Assembly (NCBI GenBank): GCA_030650095.1
Contig: JAUSEE010000001.1
Span: 8,199 to 72,198 of the forward strand
Length of the DNA stretch: 64,000 nt
Source: Candidatus Buchananbacteria bacterium
GTDB taxonomy: Bacteria; Patescibacteriota; Patescibacteriia; 2-01-FULL-39-33
Reading direction: 5' to 3'
Positions 49,832-61,700 of the stretch are shown piece by piece. The translations under genes were made by a program, and so were the position numbers. Position 1 is the stretch's first letter; every line of letters starts with the position of its first letter. The notes beneath the pieces were generated by a model. It did not search any database. It was not told the origin of the DNA and worked only from the letters and a program-made list of their open reading frames with translations.

Positions 49832-52510
49832 TTAGATGTCTTTTAACTGATCAGCTCTCTTTTGTTCTGTAGAAGCAGGAGCTGTACCAACTGCCTGTCT
49901 TCTGACTTCGGTAGCGATCTTGCTAGCCAAAGCTCCACCCTCAGTGGAAGTACTTAGTGTTTTGATAACATTAATATTCATTTTTTCACCAGCTATTTCC
50001 ATTTGGGAACCACTTCTATTTAAACCTTTCATAAATTCAGCGTCTTTAGCTGATACAGTAGCCATAACATCTTGAAGTATGGCTCGTTTTTCGGCATTAA
50101 CTTTTACGCCACCCACGGTACTATCAGCAATATTAACTTCATTGAATGAGGCGCCAGAAGCTAGAGCATTTTTAAACGTTCTTTGGTATTGTAATTTATC
50201 ACCAGTGGCAATCTCGGCTTCTGTTATTTTATTAATAACAGCTTCAAAACTATCAGATAATTTCTTTTTGATAATTGGTGATTGATCTTTAAACTGGTTG
50301 GGACTAACCAAGTCACCAAAACTCTTAACAAATTCCTCGCTGACCTCCTTCATCTTTTTGCCAATATCACTGCTATTGTTGGACACAAAAGTTCTAATAG
50401 AGTCAACATCATCGGTATTAGTCTGGTCAAAGGTCTGCATGACATGATTAAAGCTGGTAGCTTTATTAAATCTGTCACGCATTTTTTCACCGCTATCAGT
50501 AAGTTTACCACTGCCATCACGTTCAAAAGTGTTATGATCAACCTTGCCATAAATCGCTGTCTTTTGTTTATCGGTTAAATCACTATACATTTCACTTTCA
50601 TCTTTTTCTTTGGTATGTTTAGCCATGAATGTAGCCAATTCATCACCTTTGGGTGTAGAACCTTTAGGCGCCAGGGCATCGTTCAAAGATAAAAGCTGAG
50701 TTTCACTCAAACTGCCCATCATTTCATGAGCTTTAACCTTGCCCGTCCTAACATCAGAAGTAAAGGCATCTGTGCGGAAAGTTTTGCCGTCATCACCCAT
50801 ATAAACCGTATCATAAGCCAAGCCCGGATTATATTTTTTGGTGTTGTCCATAAAGGTAGCAGCCAACTCTGGCGGCAACATCTTTTTGGCATCGTTGATC
50901 AATTTAATATTTTCGGCTCTGTTGGCTGTGTCATCATCTCTAAACATGCCTTGCTTCATCATAGCTTGAGTAGCGGCAATCTTAGCATATTTATCACCTT
51001 TAGTAGCCAGTGATCGCAAGTCTTTTTCACTCATGTCATCAACCTTAAGGGCGCTGGCTCTAGTAGTAATCCTTTCTTGTTCGGCTTTAGCTTTGGTGGT
51101 AGCCAGTTTAATTTGTCGTTTGTCCACTGCTTGCCCACCTAGCCTGCCAAGTATGGGTATTTTTCTAGCTAGCGGTATAGCCATAGCACCAGCTAATACT
51201 CCGGCGCCAGCCAAGCCGGCGGTGCCAGCTACAGTACCAATAGCGGCCTTTTTGCCCCATTTTTGCAAACCAGCCACGCCTTTGCCGGCCCACTGGGCTC
51301 CGGCCACACCGGTTTTTTGGCCAAAAACCAAACTGCCCACCATTAAGCCGATAATTATTAAGAAATCAAAAACGTTTACCGGATCTTCTAATTCCGATAA
51401 TCCTATTTTCTTATTCAAATCATCTGTTTTACTTAGAAGTATGCTGGCGCCATCATTAACTTGGTATGCTCCCTCTTTGCCACTGCTAATTGTACTAGGA
51501 TCTTGAACATTAATTGAACCGCTGAAAAACGACAGGTAAAGAAAAAACAACATTATCGGTCCCACCACCAAATATTTAGTTATTTCACTCCACCACATGC
51601 CGGCGTATTGCTGGCCTTTGGGGAAAGTGGTGAGAAGATAGGCCAGGGGTGACAGAATAATCAAAAACCAGAGCATAACGATCCTATAAACCAAAATAAT
51701 GGTAATAATGGCAATTACCACTACAGCCACCACCGATAATATTAGGGCAAATAAAAGCGTTTTAATGGCTGCCCCAGGGCTTAAACTGCCAGGAACTGGC
51801 TCGGTCCAATCAAACTGTCCGGCATCAATGCGGTAAAGCTTGTCCAAGCCTAGAGCTAAAAGTATGATATTGCCACCACTGCTAACACCCTGTATGGTCC
51901 CGGCAAACCAGAGTGTTAAGACTTGGGAACCGTCAATCATAATGCCGGTAAAAGTTTTGGAGAAATTTATTAAAACCGCCATCACCAGCAGTTTGGGCAG
52001 AAGCTGGCGATTATAATTGGGCACCCTTAAAATCGTGCCCACAGCTATGGCTAAAAGAATAACGATAAAGAAATTATTAGCCACATCACGCACAATCGCC
52101 CAACCATTGATAACTATTTGATTATCTAAGAAATGATTATAACTGGCTACTTTAACCATGACTATTATTAAAAGATTAACCAGCCAGCTGAAAAAGGTGG
52201 CGATATAAAAAACTATCCAAGCAAAGACATTGGCAATGGAATTTTCGGTGCTGTTAGCATCATCGCCTGCCTTAGGCACGCCACTCGCCATACAATCATT
52301 ATAAATACGTTTAAGTTCACTTCCATCCGGATCAGTTGTGTTACTTGTTTTACTGGCAGCATAATCACCGCATTCTTTGTCTCGTGAATCAATAAAGCTA
52401 CTTCCAGCAGCTATTGCCTGAACAAAAGAAACGGAACTACTAAAAACTACCACCAACAAAAGAGTAGTTAGTAGTACGGCGCTGATTAATTTTTTTCTTT
52501 TGGTGGTCAT
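49832..52510 (-). CDS. VirB6/TrbL-like polytopic membrane protein with long C-terminal extension
   Basis: GWAIVRDVAN, LINFS, YRIVMLWFLIILSPLAYL..P....WW; Gly/Ala-rich segment then a helical tail. Confidence 0.8.
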   Translation of the reverse strand: MTTKRKKLISAVLLTTLLLVVVFSSSVSFVQAIAAGSSFIDSRDKECGDYAASKTSNTTDPDGSELKRIYNDCMASGVPKAGDDANSTENSIANVFAWIVFYIATFFSWLVNLLIIVMVKVASYNHFLDNQIVINGWAIVRDVANNFFIVILLAIAVGTILRVPNYNRQLLPKLLVMAVLINFSKTFTGIMIDGSQVLTLWFAGTIQGVSSGGNIILLALGLDKLYRIDAGQFDWTEPVPGSLSPGAAIKTLLFALILSVVAVVVIAIITIILVYRIVMLWFLIILSPLAYLLTTFPKGQQYAGMWWSEITKYLVVGPIMLFFLYLSFFSGSINVQDPSTISSGKEGAYQVNDGASILLSKTDDLNKKIGLSELEDPVNVFDFLIIIGLMVGSLVFGQKTGVAGAQWAGKGVAGLQKWGKKAAIGTVAGTAGLAGAGVLAGAMAIPLARKIPILGRLGGQAVDKRQIKLATTKAKAEQERITTRASALKVDDMSEKDLRSLATKGDKYAKIAATQAMMKQGMFRDDDTANRAENIKLINDAKKMLPPELAATFMDNTKKYNPGLAYDTVYMGDDGKTFRTDAFTSDVRTGKVKAHEMMGSLSETQLLSLNDALAPKGSTPKGDELATFMAKHTKEKDESEMYSDLTDKQKTAIYGKVDHNTFERDGSGKLTDSGEKMRDRFNKATSFNHVMQTFDQTNTDDVDSIRTFVSNNSSDIGKKMKEVSEEFVKSFGDLVSPNQFKDQSPIIKKKLSDSFEAVINKITEAEIATGDKLQYQRTFKNALASGASFNEVNIADSTVGGVKVNAEKRAILQDVMATVSAKDAEFMKGLNRSGSQMEIAGEKMNINVIKTLSTSTEGGALASKIATEVRRQAVGTAPASTEQKRADQLKDI

Positions 52511-52547
52511 TAAGATACTATTAGATGTTTTTTATTTGTTTATAACA

Positions 52548-52732
52548 TGGGATTGCAAATCTTACTGTCACTAGGAGCTGTCTTCCTTTTGTCATTACGA
52601 GGGAGCGAGGCGGGTCCTCGCAAAGGCGGGGAAGCAATCTTATGGTTTGCATCACCTGGGATTGCTTCATTCTTCGCAATGACAGTTTAGGACATAGGGT
52701 TGTTTGCCCGCCTTAGACAAATCGCCATGACA
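52548..52732. repeat. REP-like palindrome cluster (GTCATT.CGAG family)
   Basis: GTCATTACGAGGGAGCG...GAAGCAATC...GATTGCTTC...TCGCAATGAC at 52591-52683 plus degenerate arms. Confidence 0.8.
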
Positions 52733-52736
52733 CATA

Positions 52737-55700
52737 TTATTGATTTTTATTTATGGTAAGTGAAACTGTTACCGGGTCATTAGATTTATTCCAATTATCA
52801 TAAACAGTTATTTCCACCTCCACAGTACAACTATCATTATTGCAATCAGTGTCCGGAATACTGCTAACTTTATTAAAATCATAAAGATGGTACAAAAGGA
52901 AAGGATTTTCCGGATTGGTTCTGTTTCTAAGCGACACACCGCTAACTTTTGATTTTTCTCCATCTTTCCAATCAATGACATAGGCGGTAAGAGGCAGCTG
53001 ATCAGGATCAATCAAGGTGGTAAAAGCCAGTTTGGCCAAACCAACACCATTATAAATAGTGGGATCGATGCTATTGTTTATTATTTTGCTGGTTACTTTT
53101 GGCTTAACATAACAAGGCTGAACACTAGATTCTTCCCTTTTATCGCCAGTAGCGCCACCATTGCATTCCCCACTGGGTATGGATAAATAATCTTCCCGGC
53201 TAGGATCCTCCTTATATACTCCGCCTCTATCAGCCACTGGGCCATCTAGACAGTCGCCATTGGCCGCGCGATTATCACCTTCACATTTATTCCAGCGCCA
53301 CTTCCAAGCTCCATAGCTTTGAGCGAATAACTGCTGTAGACCATCTTGGCTATGAATTTCGCCCATTCTGGCTTGATAAGGAGGGGCAAAACCGCCCAGT
53401 CGCGGTGGCTCATAAAGCAAGGGAGTATTAAAAATGCCGGCGCGGCTGCTCCAATTAACCGGATTTGGACTGCCGGAAGGAGAAACTATGGCGCCAAAAG
53501 GCTGATAATCAGATGATTGATAAGTGGAGGCATCAAGCGCAGAAACATCCCCGCCGGATCCACCGCCAAACCAACCACCCAATTGGCCTAGAAGCCCTTG
53601 GAGAAACTCAATAAATACTCCGCTACCGGGCACTTCGGCTGCATCTGATCCATTATATGTAAAATCAATATTATCCAAGAATTTATTAAAATCAAACGGA
53701 TCATAATAATAATACTTGCCCGTAGTTTCACCCTCGGCTTTATTTCTGGCTTCGGCATCATTATTGATAAAGCCCGATCCTGGAGTTACCCGATTAGCAT
53801 AAGCCTTATTGGTGCCCGAAGAAGTTACCACTCTCACTAAGCTGTCACAATAATTAATATCAAAATCACCTTTGATAGTCATACGTATATAGACCGCGTC
53901 GGCTTCGGCTGTGGATCTAACAAACCAAGACGCGCCCAAAATATCACCATCCAAATCCGGAATCGGATCAGTGGCGCCACCAGTAATGCCACCAGCTTGC
54001 GTATCATCTATGATTTTCAGTCCCATGAGCGGACCAAAATAAACTCCTAAATCTCCCTGAGACTGCAACAACTGTGTTAATTGTTCAATTATACCGCCAA
54101 TATTACCTGTAGCTATTTCATAAGGGATAGGTATTGGCAGACAAATCAAGAAACCGCCTTCTCCACCTAAACCGACACAAAATGGTATGGCCGCCCAACC
54201 TTTCCACTCGCGCTTATCAGTATCATAGGTTAGGGTTTTATTAACCGGAATCATAACAACAAAGCCCACATCATGCTGAAAACCAAAACCGGTAACTTTA
54301 AGCTTGATTCTATCAACATAAGGGAACCTAAAGAGCGAGCGGTAATCATCTTTGATATTCATCGGACTAAAGTTCATTTGCTGGCCGGTGTTGATATCCG
54401 AAAAACCAGATACCACTTCTTGGGCATCAGAGCTTAAAGACAGGGCTACGCCTGATTTAGAAAAATCCACATTAAATCTCTTTTTTTCCACGCAATAATC
54501 CAAAGGCAATCTGTCGTTATAACCGCCAACCTCGTTTAATATCTCGCCCTGAAGCTGATCTACCGGCCACCATTGCAAGCATTGTTTGGAATTGTTGGGA
54601 TCCACTAGTAAGCAATAGCCGTAACTGCCGTAGAATAAATTATTGCCTTCCAAATACCGGCAAGACAGCGCATCTTCGGCCGGATAAATACGGCAACTTC
54701 GGGTTAAATAATTATCAGTTAAATCATTTGGCGTGGACAGATCATTGCTAACCTTTAGAATCGGCTTAAGAGAAATATCGTCAAATAAAGCCGTCCCGCC
54801 CAAAGCGCATTCAGTGAGCTGGTTGTTATCATTACAACCGCCTATATTAACATGATTTTTCAATTTAATTCTTATTTTATCGGTGTTAAGGGAGGGATTA
54901 AACTCAAACATTCTTTTGGTCCAAGACAAGCCACTCACTAAAGACAATTCGGTGGGATATTTCCAGTCGCCCCAACTGCCTCCTTCGGTGTGTTCCCGGT
55001 ACTGAATCTGCGATTGGATTACTTCATTTCCATCGGGATAATTCAAGCCAGAAGAATTAATCCAGCCGGAAAGGATATAGGGATCACCGCCGAAAACATC
55101 AATTTCCTCCGACAGGGCTTCGTAGAAAGAGTTTAAAATCAAATGCCTGGATCCGTCCGGACTGCTCTTGGTATCTTTGGCTACGCTAAACTTATAATCA
55201 TGCCAACCCACAGCTTCCGACTTATACGATTCACTGTCATCACCGGTAGATTCCGAGGGGCTCCAGCCCAAAGGTTCGGTGGAATTGGTTACCACCGATT
55301 CAAAATTGCCGTTGGTAATAGAACCGGCATTGCCGAATTGAGTCATTAGATAATAAGGGAAATAACCTGCCACATTAATGCCGCCGGGGAAATTCTTGCC
55401 CACGGAAGCATAGCCGGTTTTATAAAAATCTTTCTCGCTGTAATTTTCATCGGTTATTTCGCCTGATTTCAAAATAAAATTATTACAGACGCCTTTTTCA
55501 TCAACCGAAGCGCACAGCCCCAAATCCAAGCAACGGTCGTTATTGCCATAAATCGGATCAACACTATTGGGATCATCTTTTTCATAGGTAGTACAATAAA
55601 GCCAATTGTAACAAGTTCTATCCGGCTGGACTTTTAAAATAACATTAGCATCGCCTTTGGCCGGCGGGGTAGCCGATATAGGCGTCGTCGGATCTTGGTT

Positions 55701-58700
55701 TGGCTTGTCCATTTGCTCCTTGTAACTGGCGCCGGCATCAAAAGTGAGGTAGTTAACATTTCTGTCTGAAACACTTTTAGCTGAATAATTAATCGAGCCT
55801 CTGTCGTTAAACAAAACACAACCGGAATTATAATCTATTAAGCCGTTGCAGCCGGTGTAATCAACTTTGGCGGAGAGGGCATAATAAACGCCTGATTGCA
55901 CCAATCTTAGATTATTAACTGCTTGGGGCGCAGGGATAACTAATTTTACGAGGCAAGTCGTATGGGAATTATAAATTATATAAAACCGGCCGCTGGCAGA
56001 TTTGGGCGAACCTATATTGCCACCGGTGATATTCATACTGTCATCAGGTGAAACCATTAGCCCGGTGCAGGGAGTCGAAGATGCTATTTCGATTTTAGCT
56101 TTGGTAGTAGCACTCTCATCCACCGAGAAAGAATAAAGCGTGTGAGACAATAGATTTATATTTTGTGACAAGCCGGTGCCATTTCCATCCCAATGATCTG
56201 GAATATCATTGCCATCAGCATCTTGACTTAAATCAACATTTAATATTTCATTTTTATAAACTTCGGTTATCGGATCAATGTATTCGGTGCAACTGCTTTG
56301 TTCGGCCGGGCAAAGCCCCACCCAATTCTGATAGCTGGCGGTGGTGCCACCGGGCGTCGGCCAAGCATCTTCACTAGGCATTCTGTAGCTGTTAAACCAG
56401 CCCACGGGCTGGACTTTATTTTCCGGAGAACCGGTGCCAATGGTTTGAAGATAAGTGACATCGCAGGGTTCGGTAGTGCCTTTCTTATACCACTGCGCCT
56501 GGGCTTGGCCTAAATCCGTCCTGTATTCACAAACCCTATCTCTGGGGTCTTTGAAATAAGAAACATTCCTGGAGCCGACAAATTCCTGGCACCAGAGGGC
56601 GCTGGCCTGGCATAAATCAGTGGCGTATCTATCGGGCTGATTTTTAAGATAAGAATCAGCATAGCCAACAACTTCATCTTGATTGTTAATTTTGGGCAAG
56701 CCGTAAGCTAAGCAACCCTTATCTTCCGATTTGCAATTATATTTAGAATCATTAACTATGTAAACAAAATTGTCACTGGGCACAGTTACCTGCGATGGGT
56801 CGCCTGAATTATAAGTTGCGCCGTAATAAGAATCGGAATTGTAGGTATCTATTAATTGTTCGCAACCCACGGCATCGCGACGGCACAAATTTTCAAAAGA
56901 TTTTAAAAACCAATTCTTATTGGAACGATCACGATACTCTTGACAGCCGATCATTTTTCCCGGATTGCTCCTCTCTGGATTTAGAGCATCGCCGGCACCG
57001 TAAGGCTGACTAATAATATTGTCGCAAACAAAAGGAGTAAACCAAGAATTTTCAATGGCATAGACGCTTTGAGGCAATTCTTTAAGCAAAATATTATCAA
57101 TGTAAATCACCTGTCCGCTGGGGATATTTATTTCTATATTCTGCTCGAAATAACCAGTGCCACTGCCCCAGCTAACTTGCACCGGGCCAAGATCATAACG
57201 ATTCCATTCATTGGTTATGGGAATAGGCAAATCTCCGGCTGTTACCACATCCGGATGGCCAACTATAAATGAGCCCTCTGGCGGCGCCTGTGAAAACCTG
57301 ATGGAATCAAGATCAAAGCCAGCATTGCCTTTAGCCCAAAAACTAATGGCATAAGATTTGTCTTTTTTGATTAAGACTGTTTTGGAGAACTGGCGAGAAC
57401 TATTGAGGCTGTTGGTAAGAGAATTTCCGCCCGGATGGGTAGCTTCGCTGGCTATCGTACCTCCCTGCCAATCCATGGCGCCGGATTCAAAATCAGACAA
57501 AAAGATATTCCTAAAGCTGCTGCCCTTATTGCCGGTGTATTCCCGACAGCCTTTTAAATTAGCCGAGCAAGTCTGGCCTTGGCCGGGAATGGCCATATAA
57601 ATACACTCGCCAAACTGATTATAATAGCCTTGATTGTTTCGACAATCCTGGGCGGCTTCAGCCTCATCATTTTGAGTTTGGGTTCGGCGGTAAGGATGGC
57701 AATCGCTGGAAACATAAATAACCCGTGACAACAACCGGTAATGAATATTGCCACTGACATCATAAAATTCACGGCAGTCCGGATTGGAATTCAAATCAGA
57801 AGACAAACAAGCGGCATCGTTAGTGTTTGGATCATCACTGGGCACAGGATCACCGCAAACATTGTCGCCGTTTAAATTATTAGGGTAGCTTAAATTGGTA
57901 CAGGGAGGAGTGCCCACGCCAGAAGTATCATTGGAGCCTTTCAAAGTGAAAACTTTAAGCTGATAACCGGTGGTATCACTGCCTTCCCAAGTATAATAAG
58001 TGACTTCATCGCCGTAGGCATCAGGCTTCTGGCAAGTCCTAAACTGAGTATAGTATTCCAAACCTTCTCCGCCTCTGGCTACTTCGTCTAAATTGGTGAA
58101 TTCGTCACAGCCGGCAGCGGCGGCAGAACAATATTGAATAGGATCTTTGGCAATGAATTGCTTGTATTTGGCCGAAACAAAACTGGTCGGCTCCTGCTTA
58201 TAAACCTGATAGCCGGCGCACTCCGACGGACAGACATCAGCCGAAGTGATTGTTCCGGGCACAGCCGGATCGCCATTTACCGGAGTATAGAGTTCGCAGT
58301 TCATCTCGCTTTTTATGCAAACACTGGAATAATTGGCACAAGCCGGATTGCGGCCGAATATAACCTGCTGCAGTTCGGTTAAATTGGTAGGCCAGTTACC
58401 AGCAGAGGTTAAATAGCAATCGTAATAATCGGGCGCTTTTTTAAGATAAGTTAATTGCGAGGCCGGCCTCTGGCTGGGGTTGTAAGAGGTGTAAGATGTA
58501 GGAATATTAATGCCGGCTGAAACCGCTTCTAGTTTGACAGCGTCAAAGTAAGCTTCTTTTAGACCGCTGCTACCTTGGTTGATAAACAAGCGCGGACTAA
58601 CTACTTCGTCCGGGCTGTTCCAAACAAAGCTAGTGCTAACCGTTGTCCATTTATACAAATCCGCTTCGGCAAATGTATTCGGTTCGGTGGTTATGCTGGC

Positions 58701-61700
58701 GTCATCGTTAAGAGATACAAAATAACTGCCTATTTTTTGAATATAAACCCTGGCTGATAAAATATATTTATTGCCATTTATTAAAGTAAGCGGACTAAGA
58801 GAAGCGGTGGCCGAAAAATAAGCGCAATGTTGAGAGTTTGAATCAAAATCAGATCTTAAACCGATAGATTTATCGCCATCTGCGCCGGAATTAACGACAA
58901 ATATTTCACAGGAGCCGTGATTGCCACTAGCGCCGGGCTCCCCTATCCAATGATTTAAATCACTGTAATAATCTTCAAAACTGCCATCAACTATCAAGTT
59001 GCTGCCCAAATCTGATTTCACTCTGATAAACTGGCTGCAGCCGACAGCTGATGAACTGCAAGCCTGGGCATCGCGATCAAAGTATATTTCTGAATCGGTA
59101 TTATCTTGAGAGCCAATATTAAGCCAAACATCACCGGTAGTGCAAGAACCAAGCGCTTCTTTTAGGCTAAAGTCATCAAAAAATACCGTACCCGTTGTGC
59201 CGGCATTAGTGATAACCCTTATTTCTATGCTATCACCGGCCTGGATATTCTGGGTGCTGAAATTAACGGAATATTCTTGCCAATTATCGCTCAAAAGGCC
59301 AATGGTTTGACTGCCAACTTCCAAACTGGAAGAAAATACTTTGACATCAAAACTGCCCAAGCTGATATTGCCGCGCAAATAAAATGATAATTTATAATTC
59401 TTGTTCGCCTCTACGCCGGAATTAACTGACAAGGTGGTTGAAAGGGGCGTGGTATTATTAAAACTCACACTCTCCAGTGAATACGAGCCGGTACGCTTGC
59501 TAATGTCGGATCTAAATTGCCTATTGGTATCATTTTGATAGCTTTCCTGCCAAAAACGGGCATCCCAACTGGCATTACCGATTAATTCAAAACTGTTATT
59601 GAAAGGAGTTAAAATATCAATGGAGTTCAAACACTTATCCAACGAGCATCTCACACCGTCAAAAGGCACGGTGCAAGACTCCCCGCTAAAATCACAACCG
59701 CCGTCAGTGGCACAAACTTTATCCATCACTATGCCGGCGTTAGCGGAATAAGCCGTTTGCTTCCATTGTTCTACTTCTAAACCGGAAACTGTACAACCAA
59801 CCAATGTATTGCAAGTTTTAAGTGTTTTTTCACTCTCGCTATTTAGCCAAGTGTTATCTTTGATATTATACAGTGTGCTGTACCACCGGCAACCGGCCGA
59901 CTGGGAACTGCAATCGCTATAATCAAGAGTATTGGCCAGATAAGACCCGGTGGTGCCATTTTTCGATTGGAAAGTTTGGCAAGTGTTGAAGCGCGGCTGG
60001 CAATTGGTGGAGTTTAAATTCCAAATTTTTCTTTCTTCGGTGCAATAGCCATAAGCCGTGCAATTGCCATCGGAATCTTCGGTTAAGCATTGCTGTTCAT
60101 CAGCGCAATACTGATTGCGAACCACCGATCCGTCTTGAGAACTGGCTCTGGTATTTTGATCGCCATAACCCTCACGGCGGCAGAAAAGTTCCGGCGCTTT
60201 TAAAACCCACTGGGGATCAATCAGATTTTGGAAGGTGGAAGAAGCATGATTAAATTCTTTGAGCAAATCGCCCAAGGTGTAATTCTGCTGTTCCTGTTTG
60301 GACTGGCTGATATACCTAGCGGCGATTTCCCAACCAACCGGCACGATTCTGTATTTTCTTAAAATAACAATATTTCTTAAAGAAAAAGATTCCTGCGGAT
60401 TGACATTATCAATCGGCGGCACAAATTGCCTGTTTAAAATCGAGGCCGGCAGATCTTTGACTAATTTCTTTTCCCTGATCGCTTGGGACAAAATGGGATC
60501 TATCACGCAATCAGTCGGGCCGGGATTTATTTTATTAGCTTCGGTGCAATTGGTTAATTTGTTTAAAATATCATATGGACCGCCTATGGCCAGATTGCTT
60601 TCGATTAAGTTTAAAAATCTTTCTTTGGCGCCAATGGAACCTTCCACATAAGGCGATGATTCCGGATTAAGAAGTGAAGCAAAGCGGGAAAGATTGGGCA
60701 GATTAAAGCCTTTATTTCCGTCCGAGCTGCCACTCTTAAAATAACCGGTTTTTAGGTTCTCTAAAAGTTGGCCGACTAAGGTGTCCAAAAATGTCTGTAT
60801 AAAATCCCAAACAGTTCCAGTGAAAGTGGAATCTTCTTTACCAGCTCTTTCTTGAGCTACTTCGTGTTGGTTTTTTACCATAGTGCCGGGAGTCAAAACC
60901 CAGCCGGTTAGGGTTTTTAGATCTTTAAAACCTTGATTGATGGAGGCTTCCAAGGCGGAAACACCGGTTTTTTCTTTAACCTTATCCATCAAAGACGAGC
61001 TGGTTTTTAAATAGATGCCAATATCGTTTTCGCTGGCATTTAAATAATTGCTGTATTCAACATTAAAATTAGCATCAGTAATGGCTGATCGCCAGTTTTT
61101 AACCATGCCGGTAAAATTACAGGTTGGTTTCTTGATCCGATCGCCTCTTAAGCTGGTTTTGATCATCAGTTCCACATTAAAATTGGGCCGGCATAAATTA
61201 ACGCCGAATTCCTTGTCTATTTCATCAATAAAAGTGCCGGCGGCATTATCGGCCGTGTTTTTCAAATAAGCGCCGATGCCTTCGGTGATAAACAACGGCT
61301 TTTGGCCTTTGCCGCCGGAAGCGATCCAAGAAGCGGTATCATAAGCCAGTTGTTTGGAAAAAGCGCTTAACATGGATTTCCAAGCGCCAGCCAAAACATC
61401 TCTCCAAGTCTGTTTTTCTACCTCTCTTAAGCTATCAGCGGCGATGTGTATTTGGTTGTTTTCGGTGACAACAACATTCTGGCATTGGCTGGCATTAATA
61501 GCCGACTGCACAGCTGTTTTCATAGCCTGGCTACAATCAAAAGTCACGCCATTTGCTGTTCCTGTTATAGGTACAGGAATACATTCTATGGCTAGAGCTT
61601 CGGCTAGCGCTTTTCCATTACAGGCTATAGCAGATTCAATCGCCGCGCCCGAGCCGGCAGTAGCTTCAGCCGCAGTTAGAGCTAACGTCCCCATTGTACT

